IMG/VR virus record: IMGVR_UViG_2695420814_000010
From: a virus
Taxonomy: Duplodnaviria > Heunggongvirae > Uroviricota > Caudoviricetes
Reading direction: 5' to 3' (one strand)
Length of the DNA stretch: 50,942 nt
Below the pieces are notes generated by a model. It was given only the letters and a program-made list of their open reading frames with translations. It had not been told where the DNA came from and made no database searches. The translations under genes were made by a program, and so were the position numbers. This document shows positions 11,672-21,702 of this stretch, piece by piece; positions within the stretch are counted from its first letter, which is position 1, and every line of letters starts with the position of its first letter.

Positions 11672-12055
11672 TTACGCTCTCCTTAACTGGATAGAGTAAA
11701 CTGATGCGGAAGGATCTACACTTGCTGTAATTACCTCGTATCGTTGTAACTGCCTTGATACAGGATCATAAATCTCAATAATATGGTCGACAGCTGGTTT
11801 ATCCGTAACCTCGCATACCAGAGCGGTTAATTTAAGGTCACCATGCAAAATATTAATCCCATCAATTCTGCCCAGCTTATAACGTGTCAACACGCCTCGC
11901 CCGGTATAGATTGCGGTTGATTCGCCGCCAGTTTCCGTCACAGGATCCCAGTGCCGGTGCGTAACGTAAGAACCAGAAAAATCACTCACGGCGTCCGCTA
12001 AATCCTCATCAAAAGCAGCGGCAACCTCTGACTGAATCTCTTCACGAAGCCCCAT
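11672..12055 (-). CDS. Head closure / head-tail adaptor protein (position-based)
   Basis: 127-aa ORF; stop and start overlap the flanking genes. Confidence 0.4.
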   Translation of the reverse strand: MGLREEIQSEVAAAFDEDLADAVSDFSGSYVTHRHWDPVTETGGESTAIYTGRGVLTRYKLGRIDGINILHGDLKLTALVCEVTDKPAVDHIIEIYDPVSRQLQRYEVITASVDPSASVYSIQLRRA

Positions 12056-12450
12056 TATCCCCCCCTCACAACCCTGACTTGTGAGCGACTAAGTCCGTAC
12101 GGTTTCAGCAGTGCTATCGCAAGCTGTAAATCGGGTTCAAGCAATGCAGTGCTGTTTGCTGGCAACTCAGAAAATGATTTCGATACACTGACCCCGTCAG
12201 CCGACACGGCTTTACTGATAACAACGCCAGAATCATTTTTCTGCTGAAACAACTTACCGAATGAGGCAATTCTGGCTGCATATGCTCCCGCAAGTTTTAC
12301 CTCTTCCGGAATACGGGATGGGTTAATTTTCAGGTTGAAGCCATTAAGCCAGGCATTAGCCATTAAAACAGCTTTATTTTTAGCGTTCTCACTCGTCCAG
12401 GCGTTCCCAAACGCATTATCAACGTCATCACAGGTCACGTAAGTGATCAT
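12055..12450 (-). CDS. Head-tail connector protein (gp6-like, position-based)
   Basis: 131-aa ORF, first gene after the major capsid gene and terminator. Confidence 0.45.
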   Translation of the reverse strand: MITYVTCDDVDNAFGNAWTSENAKNKAVLMANAWLNGFNLKINPSRIPEEVKLAGAYAARIASFGKLFQQKNDSGVVISKAVSADGVSVSKSFSELPANSTALLEPDLQLAIALLKPYGLSRSQVRVVRGG

Positions 12451-12456
12451 GTGTTA

Positions 12457-12630
12457 CTCCTGAGTTTTCCAGCCCATAGCCTTCCAGTTGTCAACTTCAT
12501 CAGGATGAACATTAGCGATAGTTGGTGCGCCGGGAAACATCTGATAATCGGTCACCATAACCACTAACTCAATTTGCGTTTTTTGTGCGGCTTCACGCTG
12601 TGCTCTTTGCTCTTTAGTTAATCCGGCCAT
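12457..12630 (-). CDS. Small hypothetical protein (57 aa), below the ORF-track size cutoff
   Basis: ATG at 12630 gives MAGLTKEQRAQREAAQKTQIELVVMVTDYQMFPGAPTIANVHPDEVDNWKAMGWKTQE; fills the gap between capsid terminator and connector gene. Confidence 0.3.
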
Positions 12631-12640
12631 ATGCCCCCCA

Positions 12641-12663
12641 TTAAAAATGGGGCCGAAGCCCCG
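12641..12663 (-). terminator. Rho-independent terminator downstream of the major capsid gene
   Basis: Minus strand GGGGC-TTCG-GCCCC followed by ATTTTTAA. Confidence 0.5.
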
Positions 12664-12672
12664 TTTGAATGT

Positions 12673-13812
12673 TTAACCAAGAATCAGACAACCATGTGCC
12701 GGCTTCACTGATGAAACACCCCATGCCAGTCCAACTTCATAGCGCACCTGGCGATACTGACGATACAGTGCAATCTGGAACGTAATCCCTGAAATCGGGT
12801 CCGTAACATTCATTACATCATCAGCATTATCGCCACCTTCCGGCATTGCCGGAGTACGGGATGCCAGCAGAAACGCGTTGCGATCAAACGCCATATTTGC
12901 AGTAAAGGCCCCAACAACTGTGATGGCAGTATCATCGGCCAGATCCTGACGCAGTCCGGGCGCTGCAAGAGTAATCAGATTGCTGGTCGCTGCTGCCACA
13001 ACATACTGATTCGGATCACCAGCGAACGTAACAATCTGACCTGCAGAAATACTCCCCGAACCAGTATCAATGGAAATAAGAACATCGCCTTCTTTTTTCT
13101 CTCCATTCACGAGATAACCAGTTGCAGCAACCTTTGGCGCTCGTTTCACACCTGCCGAACTGTGAATATTGAATCCCTCCAGACGCCCCAACACGCCCTC
13201 ACGCAGTAGCTGTTCAGTGCCGGATTCATTCACTTTAAACAATACAGACTGTTTTCCGCGCAAATTAGCAATGGCAGTGGAGCCAAGCACCATCTGCAGA
13301 TCGGTTGTCGGTGCGCCGTTATCCTCCAGAACCTGACGAGCCAGAGCAGCATCAGAAAGATCATCTTTAACACCAAACGGCGTTGTCCCTGCGGTTCCCA
13401 CGGCGCGGGAAGCACCGAAATACAACGCACCAAGATCAGCCTCAACCTCGTTTGCAAGGGCGCGAAAAGCCTGCTTGAACTGATCAGCCAGAATGGTGTT
13501 GTAAGTCCCTGAAGGGCCAAGAGCCAGTTGTTCTTCACCATTCCATTTAACCGGTGCCATTTTGGATTTAGTAATTTTTACATCAACAGTGCCAATATTT
13601 TGATCACCGGTATTCGGAGCTGACGGCCCCGGTACGATATCTTCGGTTTTCGCCTCAGGCGCAACTGGCGCGGTTACCGTCTGATCTTTTGCTGCGGCGT
13701 CAGCTTTTGCGTTTTTTGCTACCGCAGGGATAAAACCTACCTGCTCACGGGATACAACATCCAGGGCGGTATAAATAGTCGGGATCAACCCGGTCAGGGT
13801 ATTTCCAGCCAT
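12673..13812 (-). CDS. Major capsid protein
   Basis: ORF 12673..13905; likely start is Met32 (MAGNTLTGLIP...) at 13812, preceded by AAGGAA. About 380 aa, directly downstream of scaffold. Confidence 0.8.
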   Translation of the reverse strand: MAGNTLTGLIPTIYTALDVVSREQVGFIPAVAKNAKADAAAKDQTVTAPVAPEAKTEDIVPGPSAPNTGDQNIGTVDVKITKSKMAPVKWNGEEQLALGPSGTYNTILADQFKQAFRALANEVEADLGALYFGASRAVGTAGTTPFGVKDDLSDAALARQVLEDNGAPTTDLQMVLGSTAIANLRGKQSVLFKVNESGTEQLLREGVLGRLEGFNIHSSAGVKRAPKVAATGYLVNGEKKEGDVLISIDTGSGSISAGQIVTFAGDPNQYVVAAATSNLITLAAPGLRQDLADDTAITVVGAFTANMAFDRNAFLLASRTPAMPEGGDNADDVMNVTDPISGITFQIALYRQYRQVRYEVGLAWGVSSVKPAHGCLILG

Positions 13813-13910
13813 AATTAAATATTCCTTAAAAATTTGCGTAATTGTGAATAGATGGAGTAATGAGCTATCCAGCCCTGACACCAGCTCCCATCCGGAAGCT
13901 GACAAATGTG

Positions 13911-14674
13911 TTAATCAACGATTGTGATACCGTCTTTCAATGCGTTTTGCTTACCTGCAACATCCAGTGCATCAAAAGCAGAGCGTTTCATCGTTTTCTG
14001 ACCAATATCATGCTGTGTCGGACGGGAGCCGCCGCCATTGTTGCCACTGGCTTTCAGGATGTAGTCTTTCTGAGGGTAATTTTCGACAAGGAACTCCAGC
14101 GCCTCATCAAACTGCGCCAGTTCGCCAGGCTTCGCGCGGGAATAAATTTTGTTGCCGGAAGCGTCATAAGCAACGATCCTCCCTTCTTCCACTTTGAATG
14201 CCTGCCCGAAGCGGGCTTGTAATAAATCTGCCGGGATCGCAATTTTATCGGCAATATATTTTGAACCCGCAAAACTACCGCCAATCATAGAATCGTAAAG
14301 CTGCTTCTCCAGCATCTGAGAGCGTTGCTTTTCTTCATCTAATTGCTGCTGAAAATTTTTCGTAATTTCTGCCTTAACCTGGTCAACCTGTCCCGCATCG
14401 AGCAGCTTTTTCTGGTCGATTTTTGACAGCATTTCCAGTGCCTCGATCGCCTTCTTCGGGTCTTCGATAGCGGCAAACTTAGCCAGTTTTTCCTCTGCAG
14501 CTTCTTTAGCCAGGCGATGATTTTTTGCCTCGCCATTAAGCTCTGTAATTTTTTTTGTCGCCAGCGGTGCATCGAAGCCAATTTCTTTACCATCGTCGTG
14601 CACATAAACTGGCAGGCCAGCAGTATCAATTTCTGCGTATTGTTTTCCGTTAATCTCGACCGTTTTCAGTTTCA
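13911..14674 (-). CDS. Capsid scaffolding protein
   Basis: ORF 13911..14747; probable start MKLKTVEINGKQYAEID at 14674. Coiled-coil Glu/Lys/Gln-rich, between MuF-like and capsid genes. Confidence 0.65.
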
Positions 14675-14733
14675 TATTAGTACCTGGTTTAAGTCTTCCG
14701 ACAGTTACGCTGCTCACCATCCGGATCGCAGCA

Positions 14734-14760
14734 ATAAAAAAGGCCACCCGAAGGTAGCCT
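14734..14760 (-). terminator. Rho-independent terminator between head morphogenesis and scaffold genes
   Basis: Minus strand GGCTACC-TTCG-GGTGGCC followed by TTTTTTATT. Confidence 0.5.
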
Positions 14761-14779
14761 GTTGTAATAAATGATTTAT

Positions 14780-15895
14780 TTAAATCCCTGCTTTTCTGAA
14801 TACCTGTGCATCACGCTCACGGAGCTGCTTCAGCGTCAGCCATTCGCCTTTATCGGTGTAAAATTCATCTGGCGACATACCACCATCCCGAATCAGCTTT
14901 GCTCGGCTTTCCCCCACAATCTGTTTTTGTCTGGTGTAAGGCTGACGCAAAAACCATTCCCTGTAGGTTGTATCTCCGGCCACCACGCCATCCATGCTGG
15001 CCCGCTCAGCCGGGGAAATATCGCGAACATCAATACCCAGTTCCTTCGCTGATTTCAGAATGAACGTTTCCGTTGAGCGGCAGCAGAAATGAATTTTTCC
15101 CGGCCCCTGCAAATAAGGCACGCTGTGACCTACAGGTTTATTATTCAGCGTATATTTGAGGCGATCCCTGATTCGACATTGTGGCGTAGTACGATTATCA
15201 AGCGTTGATAACCATTGCTTACCCTTAATCAAATCATTATTCGCGCTGGCAAAACTCTCACGGGCAGTAGCAGCAAGATGTCCAACCGCTGTTTTTGCAA
15301 TGCTGGCCGCATTAGCCCGGCTCATCTGCAATGCACCATCCTGAAATCCCTTACTGACATGTCCCCGAATTTTTCTTGCGATCTGCTCATTGGTATCCCC
15401 CAGCAAAAAACCCTGACGCACTGTATTTGTTATGCGTCTGAGCCGATCCGCCTCAAGATCTGAGGCCCACTCACTGAGCAGTCGTCCCTGGAATGGTCGC
15501 GCCATTGCAGCGGCATAAAGTGCATCAGGAGAGATACCAACCAGAGGGTGAACATCAGCAACAAAATCAGGTAGCATAGAATCAAACAGACTTAACTGAT
15601 AACCAGCCTCATAAATTGCCAGCTCGTTCAGCTCTCCGGAGAGACTGGTAAACATGCTGTTAATAGCAGTGCGGTTAACCTCTCTGACGCTCGCCAGAAG
15701 TGACTCCAGGCGCTTAACGGTAAAACTACCTGGATCGAGGCTGTCCAGTGCTATCAGCAGGCGAGCAGTAAGTTCCGCATCGCTGTCATTCAGTATTTTC
15801 ACCATTCTGGCAGCCACGCCAGTGCTATAGCGGGATATCCAGACTGCATGAGCAATTGATTCATCACGCAGCCGTTCATTCACGGTTTGCATCAT
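14780..15895 (-). CDS. Head morphogenesis protein (Mu gpF / SPP1 gp7-like)
   Basis: 371-aa ORF with the TTPQCR motif typical of MuF-like proteins; follows the portal gene. Confidence 0.8.
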   Translation of the reverse strand: MMQTVNERLRDESIAHAVWISRYSTGVAARMVKILNDSDAELTARLLIALDSLDPGSFTVKRLESLLASVREVNRTAINSMFTSLSGELNELAIYEAGYQLSLFDSMLPDFVADVHPLVGISPDALYAAAMARPFQGRLLSEWASDLEADRLRRITNTVRQGFLLGDTNEQIARKIRGHVSKGFQDGALQMSRANAASIAKTAVGHLAATARESFASANNDLIKGKQWLSTLDNRTTPQCRIRDRLKYTLNNKPVGHSVPYLQGPGKIHFCCRSTETFILKSAKELGIDVRDISPAERASMDGVVAGDTTYREWFLRQPYTRQKQIVGESRAKLIRDGGMSPDEFYTDKGEWLTLKQLRERDAQVFRKAGI

Positions 15896-17282
15896 TGATT
15901 TCCATCAGCATTACACTCTGATTTTTTAATTCATCGATCACTTCCTCTGGACGGGAATCCTGATCGATAAATTTCAACGCCTGCAACACCCGAACCGCAT
16001 CAATCTGACGTATATCACCGCCCTGACGCAATGACTGAACAGCCAGCGCGGAGGATGAGTCAAACACCTGGGCAGATACATCCAGTTCAGTGCGCACATC
16101 CACATTGCCACCGCAACTCTCTCCGATCCATTCCGCCATTATCTGGAGAATATTATCGAGGGCATCTTCGAGGGAGTTCGCCATTGTATAAAGCGGCGAG
16201 TTTTCCTGCATTCGCTCTTCATTAGTCTGATCAACAGATTTGGTGGATGTATTTTCAGCACGCAGAAGTTTAGCGCCGGCATGACGCATCTGATTTTCCA
16301 GCTTCTCAAGTGATGTTTCGCCAGATTCTATCGCTGCGCCACTATGTTCAACATATTCGAGGCCATTTTTTGTTCTGTCCTCAAAAATCGTAGCGGTGGA
16401 TGCACCAACCGTCAGTTCTTCATTCCTGTCCAGCCCGTAGGCCACCAGCAATGGAACGCGGGCAACATGAAGAATATTGTCCTGCTCGCTCTGGCTTTGC
16501 CAGTGCTTGATATTCAGCAAGCCAAGATTAAGCAATGGCGGTGTACCACGCATAAATCCTGTTTTCTTCGTGTACAGTGTTACCAGAGGAATATCATCAC
16601 GGCTGGTATTCCATGACTCATGAAGCGTCCAGACAGATTCGCCATTAGTGCCTTCGCTACGTCGATAAATTTCAACTCGACGGGGCATAATATGGCGGAT
16701 CTGCTCCACCTTCTTCTGCCCGAAATCATCACCATCAATAATGATGACCTCTTTTATACGCAAATCAGTGAGAACAACTTTCCCTTTTTCAACTTTCGAT
16801 TTCCATCCAATAACCTGGCGTGGATTCAGCATCGTAACGTACGGACGACCACCGGTCGCGTTTTCATCGGCTTTTGTCCGAATCTCTTTCATATCCGTTC
16901 GTGGATAGTCCACCAGCGCATGTGCCACACCATACTGAAATGCGAGGCTGAAAAATTGCTGCGCCCACACATCCAGTCGGCTCCCCTCCATGTCGATATT
17001 TTCTGCATATTCCCTGATTTTTGCCGGCGTTTCCTCACTCAATACTGTCGGCTCTGCAAATATGCGCCCAATATTTTGCTTGATGCTTTCTTCATACACA
17101 GGAAGTAGCGTAGCCACAGACAGGCGTTTTTTATAAGCGTCTTCATCTTCGTTAGGCCATTTTGGGAGATAATTTTCCCCCTGCCTGCGCATTTCAAGCG
17201 TACCGCCCATCAGTGCGTCGTTAATATCCCACGCCTCCAGCATATCGTTATAGTCGAGGTTGGGTGTTGATATATCAGCCAT
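15876..17282 (-). CDS. Portal protein
   Basis: 468-aa ORF between terminase large subunit and MuF-like gene. Confidence 0.7.
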   Translation of the reverse strand: MADISTPNLDYNDMLEAWDINDALMGGTLEMRRQGENYLPKWPNEDEDAYKKRLSVATLLPVYEESIKQNIGRIFAEPTVLSEETPAKIREYAENIDMEGSRLDVWAQQFFSLAFQYGVAHALVDYPRTDMKEIRTKADENATGGRPYVTMLNPRQVIGWKSKVEKGKVVLTDLRIKEVIIIDGDDFGQKKVEQIRHIMPRRVEIYRRSEGTNGESVWTLHESWNTSRDDIPLVTLYTKKTGFMRGTPPLLNLGLLNIKHWQSQSEQDNILHVARVPLLVAYGLDRNEELTVGASTATIFEDRTKNGLEYVEHSGAAIESGETSLEKLENQMRHAGAKLLRAENTSTKSVDQTNEERMQENSPLYTMANSLEDALDNILQIMAEWIGESCGGNVDVRTELDVSAQVFDSSSALAVQSLRQGGDIRQIDAVRVLQALKFIDQDSRPEEVIDELKNQSVMLMEINDANRE

Positions 17283-17284
17283 AA

Positions 17285-18595
17285 TTAAATCCGAAGTGAT
17301 GTGACTCTTCCGGTCGGTTTGACAATAGGGAATTGCTTAACGATGAAATAACCTCCGGCATCATTCGGGTGATCATTGCCAGATTTTTTATCAGGCTCCC
17401 CCTTCTCATCCCAGACCTGTTGCTCCAGAGATTCGGCATATAACGGGCAACGCTTCACATTAACTTTATAGCGACGCTCACCATTGGCATTGCAGAACAT
17501 TGCATTCATTGAGTTAACGCGATCTTTTACTGGCGGGTTCGAGCTGTTCACCACAACGTTAAAACCAGCCTGCTTAAGCTGGGCTATATCCGTCGTACTT
17601 GCGTTACTTGATTTTCTGGAATCCCCGGAAGCATCTGGATAAATATAAATTTCCCTCACTTTCCGGTAATCATTCCCATCATACAGCCAGAAGCGTTCTT
17701 TAATGATGCGGATCATATCCGGCGTATCGTAGGCATTGATGATTTCAGTTACCGCACATGGAAGCCCCAAACGCAGCACATGGACGATTCCCGCCATCTT
17801 TCCAACGTTAAAATCCATCCCAATATAAATCGGCTCCCCTGGCTGCTCCACTTCTTCGCAATTATTCAGTTTCCGGTCAAACTGATGGTAAACAGTACCA
17901 CTTGTCAGGTTAGTAAACTGTCCTCGAAGATAGGCTTTAATCAGCTCTGGAGGGTATGATTCAAGAAGCGAAGGAATGTAATCTGCTGGCAGGTTCTTTT
18001 CATTATCGAAAGTAGATGCCTGCACCAGACCATACAGTGAGGCCAGCTCTGTTTTTTCACGCACGGCTTTAACAAACTGCTCGTAGACAAATTTGAATCC
18101 TTCCGGCGTGGTTGTAACGTCAATACCGTTGCGAAGTCCATCAATCTTATAACGCATACGTGCAATTATCTTGCGCCACGCCGTTCTGGCTTTTTCCTTC
18201 GGCAAAATGTCCAGTTCATCCACCAACGCATTACCAATTTTGAAACCGACGATCGTTTGTGGCTTCTCCATCGATCTGCAGATAGTGGTTCCCCGATACT
18301 GGCGTCCGTAATAAAAGTGAACCTCTTTATTTCCCTCATTAATTTTTACGTTCAATCCCCAGTCAGCAGCAACTTCTTCCACTGTAGGGTAAAAAATATC
18401 GCGAATTTGGGGATACGTTGGCGCAAAATATCCCTGATTTATACCTGGATGCTCCCAAATCCCCTTGCATATGCCGCCACACCCAACCCATGTTTTGCCC
18501 GAGCCAAAACCAGCAATATAGGCTTTAAATTTATGGGGCATTGAAAGAAATCGCGCCTGAGGCACATTAAGCGTCGGAGAGATCATCTTCATCAC
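17285..18595 (-). CDS. Terminase large subunit
   Basis: 436-aa ORF with Walker A GFGSGKT near the N-terminus. Confidence 0.85.
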   Translation of the reverse strand: MMKMISPTLNVPQARFLSMPHKFKAYIAGFGSGKTWVGCGGICKGIWEHPGINQGYFAPTYPQIRDIFYPTVEEVAADWGLNVKINEGNKEVHFYYGRQYRGTTICRSMEKPQTIVGFKIGNALVDELDILPKEKARTAWRKIIARMRYKIDGLRNGIDVTTTPEGFKFVYEQFVKAVREKTELASLYGLVQASTFDNEKNLPADYIPSLLESYPPELIKAYLRGQFTNLTSGTVYHQFDRKLNNCEEVEQPGEPIYIGMDFNVGKMAGIVHVLRLGLPCAVTEIINAYDTPDMIRIIKERFWLYDGNDYRKVREIYIYPDASGDSRKSSNASTTDIAQLKQAGFNVVVNSSNPPVKDRVNSMNAMFCNANGERRYKVNVKRCPLYAESLEQQVWDEKGEPDKKSGNDHPNDAGGYFIVKQFPIVKPTGRVTSLRI

Positions 18596-19661
18596 TCCTT
18601 ACTCTGGCATCAACCACATTAATATTGATCGCCACAGGCTGGGGATGTTCATTATCTTCCACCGTTTCGATCTCTTTGCGCAGCTTCTGGTTTTCCATTC
18701 TGCGCCGTTCAATTTCCAGTTCCCGTAGCCGCTTATCTGCACATAAAGCCCCGCCAGCAGAAAACAAACGCAACAATTCACGCCGGGCGGCAGCCTTATC
18801 CTCCAGCAGGATCTCAACGCCGAATTTTCCGAATTTTGCCCCTGCATATAATTGCCGCGCATCCCCATCAAGCAGAGTGGTATCAGCCATATAAAGCTGT
18901 CCCGTTCCCTCACCGCAGCACTTCGGGCAGTCCGGATTGGGTATGGCGTTATCAACAAAGCCGAGGCCTCCATATTCCGGTTCGGGTTTGCCATCTCTGG
19001 AAGCCTGCGCCGCTGCCTTGTCGAATTCTGCTATATCGCGCCACTGGTAGAGATGATTCTCGCCCCAGCAATAACGGCAGTTAACACGGCGAAATTGTGC
19101 AAGCTGATTGGGGTCGGCCAGGACAATAGCCATCAACTGACTCACTAGTAAATCCAGGTCTGCGGTATAGCGTTTCTGGTACTGATTGCGGAAGTAGCTG
19201 ATAGCGCGAAAAACCCTGGCATTTCTAAGCATACGACTGGCGTTGCTGTTAGCTGTCGCACCTTGCCCCTCATAACCGGCTAGTCGGTACGCCTCTGTCG
19301 GCTTTTTACCCTGAGCAACAAGCATCGCAAACTTAGCCTGCTGGTCAGAAATGCCGAATTCATCGGGACAGAACGAAAATTCCTCCGCGTCGCCCTCATT
19401 CAGGCCCGCATCGAATACTGGCTTTTTTTCCTGAGATTTTTCGTTCCGCTTTTGTGCAGTCTGCGCAGATTTTTTCTGCGCACTTTTTTGCGCAGTTTTG
19501 CACATTTCTGTCTGCGCATTTTTCGGAGTTTTTTTGATGTAACGACGGGCTGTTGCGTAATTCAGTCCCCTTGCTTCACACCATGCCACCGGAGATATAC
19601 CGGAGCGGGTGTATTCAGCAATATACTCCTGCTGCAACGCCCCCCAGTCCGGTCTGCTCAT
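18567..19661 (-). CDS. Putative terminase small subunit
   Basis: 364-aa ORF directly upstream of and overlapping the large subunit; basic N-terminal region, Cys cluster CPKCCGEG. Call is positional. Confidence 0.5.
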   Translation of the reverse strand: MSRPDWGALQQEYIAEYTRSGISPVAWCEARGLNYATARRYIKKTPKNAQTEMCKTAQKSAQKKSAQTAQKRNEKSQEKKPVFDAGLNEGDAEEFSFCPDEFGISDQQAKFAMLVAQGKKPTEAYRLAGYEGQGATANSNASRMLRNARVFRAISYFRNQYQKRYTADLDLLVSQLMAIVLADPNQLAQFRRVNCRYCWGENHLYQWRDIAEFDKAAAQASRDGKPEPEYGGLGFVDNAIPNPDCPKCCGEGTGQLYMADTTLLDGDARQLYAGAKFGKFGVEILLEDKAAARRELLRLFSAGGALCADKRLRELEIERRRMENQKLRKEIETVEDNEHPQPVAININVVDARVRSDEDDLSDA

Positions 19662-19664
19662 CAG

Positions 19665-19916
19665 TTAGTCCTGATTTTTATCCACCCTGAGTAGTTCGCG
19701 CAGAGCAAAGGCATCCCCTTTTCTGGCAAGCTTAAACAATGCCGCTCGTAACTCGGCTTCACCTTTCGCTCTGCCCTTACGGATGGCCGCATAAAAATCT
19801 GTCATTGCTTCCCGATTTTCTTTCAGTCGGTTCAGATCAACATCCAGAACGTCAGCGATTTGTTGTGCAGTCATCCGGCACGCTGCCAGAGACTCGACTT
19901 TCGAATACGGAATCAT
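19665..19916 (-). CDS. Small hypothetical protein (possible DNA-binding/packaging accessory)
   Basis: 83-aa ORF upstream of terminase; overlaps the 3' end of the preceding gene. Confidence 0.35.
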   Translation of the reverse strand: MIPYSKVESLAACRMTAQQIADVLDVDLNRLKENREAMTDFYAAIRKGRAKGEAELRAALFKLARKGDAFALRELLRVDKNQD

Positions 19917-20802
19917 TTGTCACCCCCATTGATATGCAGGGTGTCTTCTTCCTGTATTTTTCGTGAAGGATTTTTACTGCAGCGTTGTTCCAGGTGACCT
20001 GATGGTGAATGCGTTTATGACTGGCACCCATAAGTGAGATTTTTACGCACGACGGCGCATACATGACGGAGTAAAAACTTTTAACGTAGGTTCCGGAATC
20101 CAGATACAGCTCGGTCATTCCGCCGCTGTTTTTCTGCGTCTGTTTCTGCCCTAACTGGACAGCACCGATCGTCATAAACAATTCACCACAGCGACCGAGA
20201 TTCGTGTACGTATTCACATCCTCGTTAATGCGCCCCATGAATGAGAACGGTCGATCAACCGAACAGATAAAGCTGTTCATTGCCTTGCGTTTCACCCACG
20301 AAGCATGGCCGCCATTGTCACCAAGAAAATCCCCGCCCTGCGACATAGCGATGGAAAGAGCAGGTATTGATTCGTAGTACGCAAGCATTTCAGAAAGGAT
20401 CTCATCCAGTTTCCTTATCGGGAAATAGGCCTGGTCATAGTTGCGATCCACCCGAAACTGGAACTCGTGATAATCATCATCGAGCTGAATGAAGTATTTA
20501 CACCCGACCAGTTTTGCCTGGTCGAAACAGGCATTACGGGCGTAAAAAATTGAGCGGCGGTCACTAAAATTATCGGCTTCGTCAAAACGACTAGCAATAT
20601 CGGCTTTGGAAAATACCAGCACCTGTTCACCAAATTCAGCCATGTACTGATGCCGTGTCTTATCTTCATCATCAACAACGATAAAAATTTTCCCGGTATA
20701 GCCAGCACGACGCAACGTCCGGTAAGTCAGAACTTTGTCCGGTCGCCCGTGAGTCAGAATAAAGGCGCAAAAATCATCACGCATATTCCTCCTCCCCGCC
20801 AT
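19852..20802 (-). CDS. Hypothetical protein with DXD-type motif (possible nucleotide-sugar transferase fold)
   Basis: 316-aa ORF; FIVVDDEDK and QLDDDYHEF acidic motifs; sits between the ParB-like gene and terminase. Function not established. Confidence 0.4.
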   Translation of the reverse strand: MAGRRNMRDDFCAFILTHGRPDKVLTYRTLRRAGYTGKIFIVVDDEDKTRHQYMAEFGEQVLVFSKADIASRFDEADNFSDRRSIFYARNACFDQAKLVGCKYFIQLDDDYHEFQFRVDRNYDQAYFPIRKLDEILSEMLAYYESIPALSIAMSQGGDFLGDNGGHASWVKRKAMNSFICSVDRPFSFMGRINEDVNTYTNLGRCGELFMTIGAVQLGQKQTQKNSGGMTELYLDSGTYVKSFYSVMYAPSCVKISLMGASHKRIHHQVTWNNAAVKILHEKYRKKTPCISMGVTNDSVFESRVSGSVPDDCTTNR

Positions 20803-21565
20803 GCATGATCTCCACCATGCGCTGCGTCATTCGGACAAATCCATTTTCAATAGCCTGCTGATAATCAATGATCACCAGCGCCGACTCCTCGAAAAGGCAC
20901 TGAATTTCAGCGGGGGCATGAGCGTAATAGTCCGCAATTCTGCTGAAATTAAACACCGTGTGACGTTCTGCTGCACACAGGAGGAATTTCTCAATATCAG
21001 GATCAAGGGACGCCGAACGTATCCGGCTGATCAGCTCCTGAGTTTTCGTATCGTCGTACAGTTCACTGATATCCGGTTTACCGCCTGACGGCTCATAAAC
21101 AGGCGTATCAATTTTCGTCGTATACGGCTCCTCCTCATTTCCTGTACCGGGCAAAACATCCGTCAACAGTTCATCAATTTCTGCCGGGATGAAGCCTGTC
21201 AGGGAGACATCAAAATCAGCATTGATTAGGTCCGACAGCTCCATCCGCAACAGATCTTCATCCCAGCCAGCATTCATCGGCAGGCGATTATCTGCCAGGC
21301 GGTACGCCTTTTTCTGCTCATCCGTCAGGCCAGACAGAACAATGACCGGAACAGAATCCATTTTGAGCATTTCAGCCGCCATAACACGACCGTGACCCGC
21401 AATAATTTCGCCCTTTTCGTCAATCAGCACCGGATTAGTCCAGCCGAATTGCTTAATACTTTCTACCAGTTGTGCCACCTGCTCAGTACTGTGCGTCCTG
21501 GCGTTGTGCGCATACGGTGACAATTCTTGTAATGGGCGATAGACTATCTTTAATTTCTCGCTCAT
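20777..21565 (-). CDS. ParB-like nuclease domain protein (YnaK-like)
   Basis: 262-aa ORF; N-terminal ParB/Srx-like region with IIAGHGRVMAA and LADNRL. Confidence 0.65.
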   Translation of the reverse strand: MSEKLKIVYRPLQELSPYAHNARTHSTEQVAQLVESIKQFGWTNPVLIDEKGEIIAGHGRVMAAEMLKMDSVPVIVLSGLTDEQKKAYRLADNRLPMNAGWDEDLLRMELSDLINADFDVSLTGFIPAEIDELLTDVLPGTGNEEEPYTTKIDTPVYEPSGGKPDISELYDDTKTQELISRIRSASLDPDIEKFLLCAAERHTVFNFSRIADYYAHAPAEIQCLFEESALVIIDYQQAIENGFVRMTQRMVEIMHGGEEEYA

Positions 21566-21702
21566 ACAGCCTTGCTTTATGAATAAAACGCACCCCAGCA
21601 GCCAGTGCTACTGGGGGCGGAGGTGTTGCTGGTAAAGTTAGGTATTGGATCAATGAGTGAGTCAACATAATATTAAACTCACAATTATAAATCAGCCATA
21701 TA

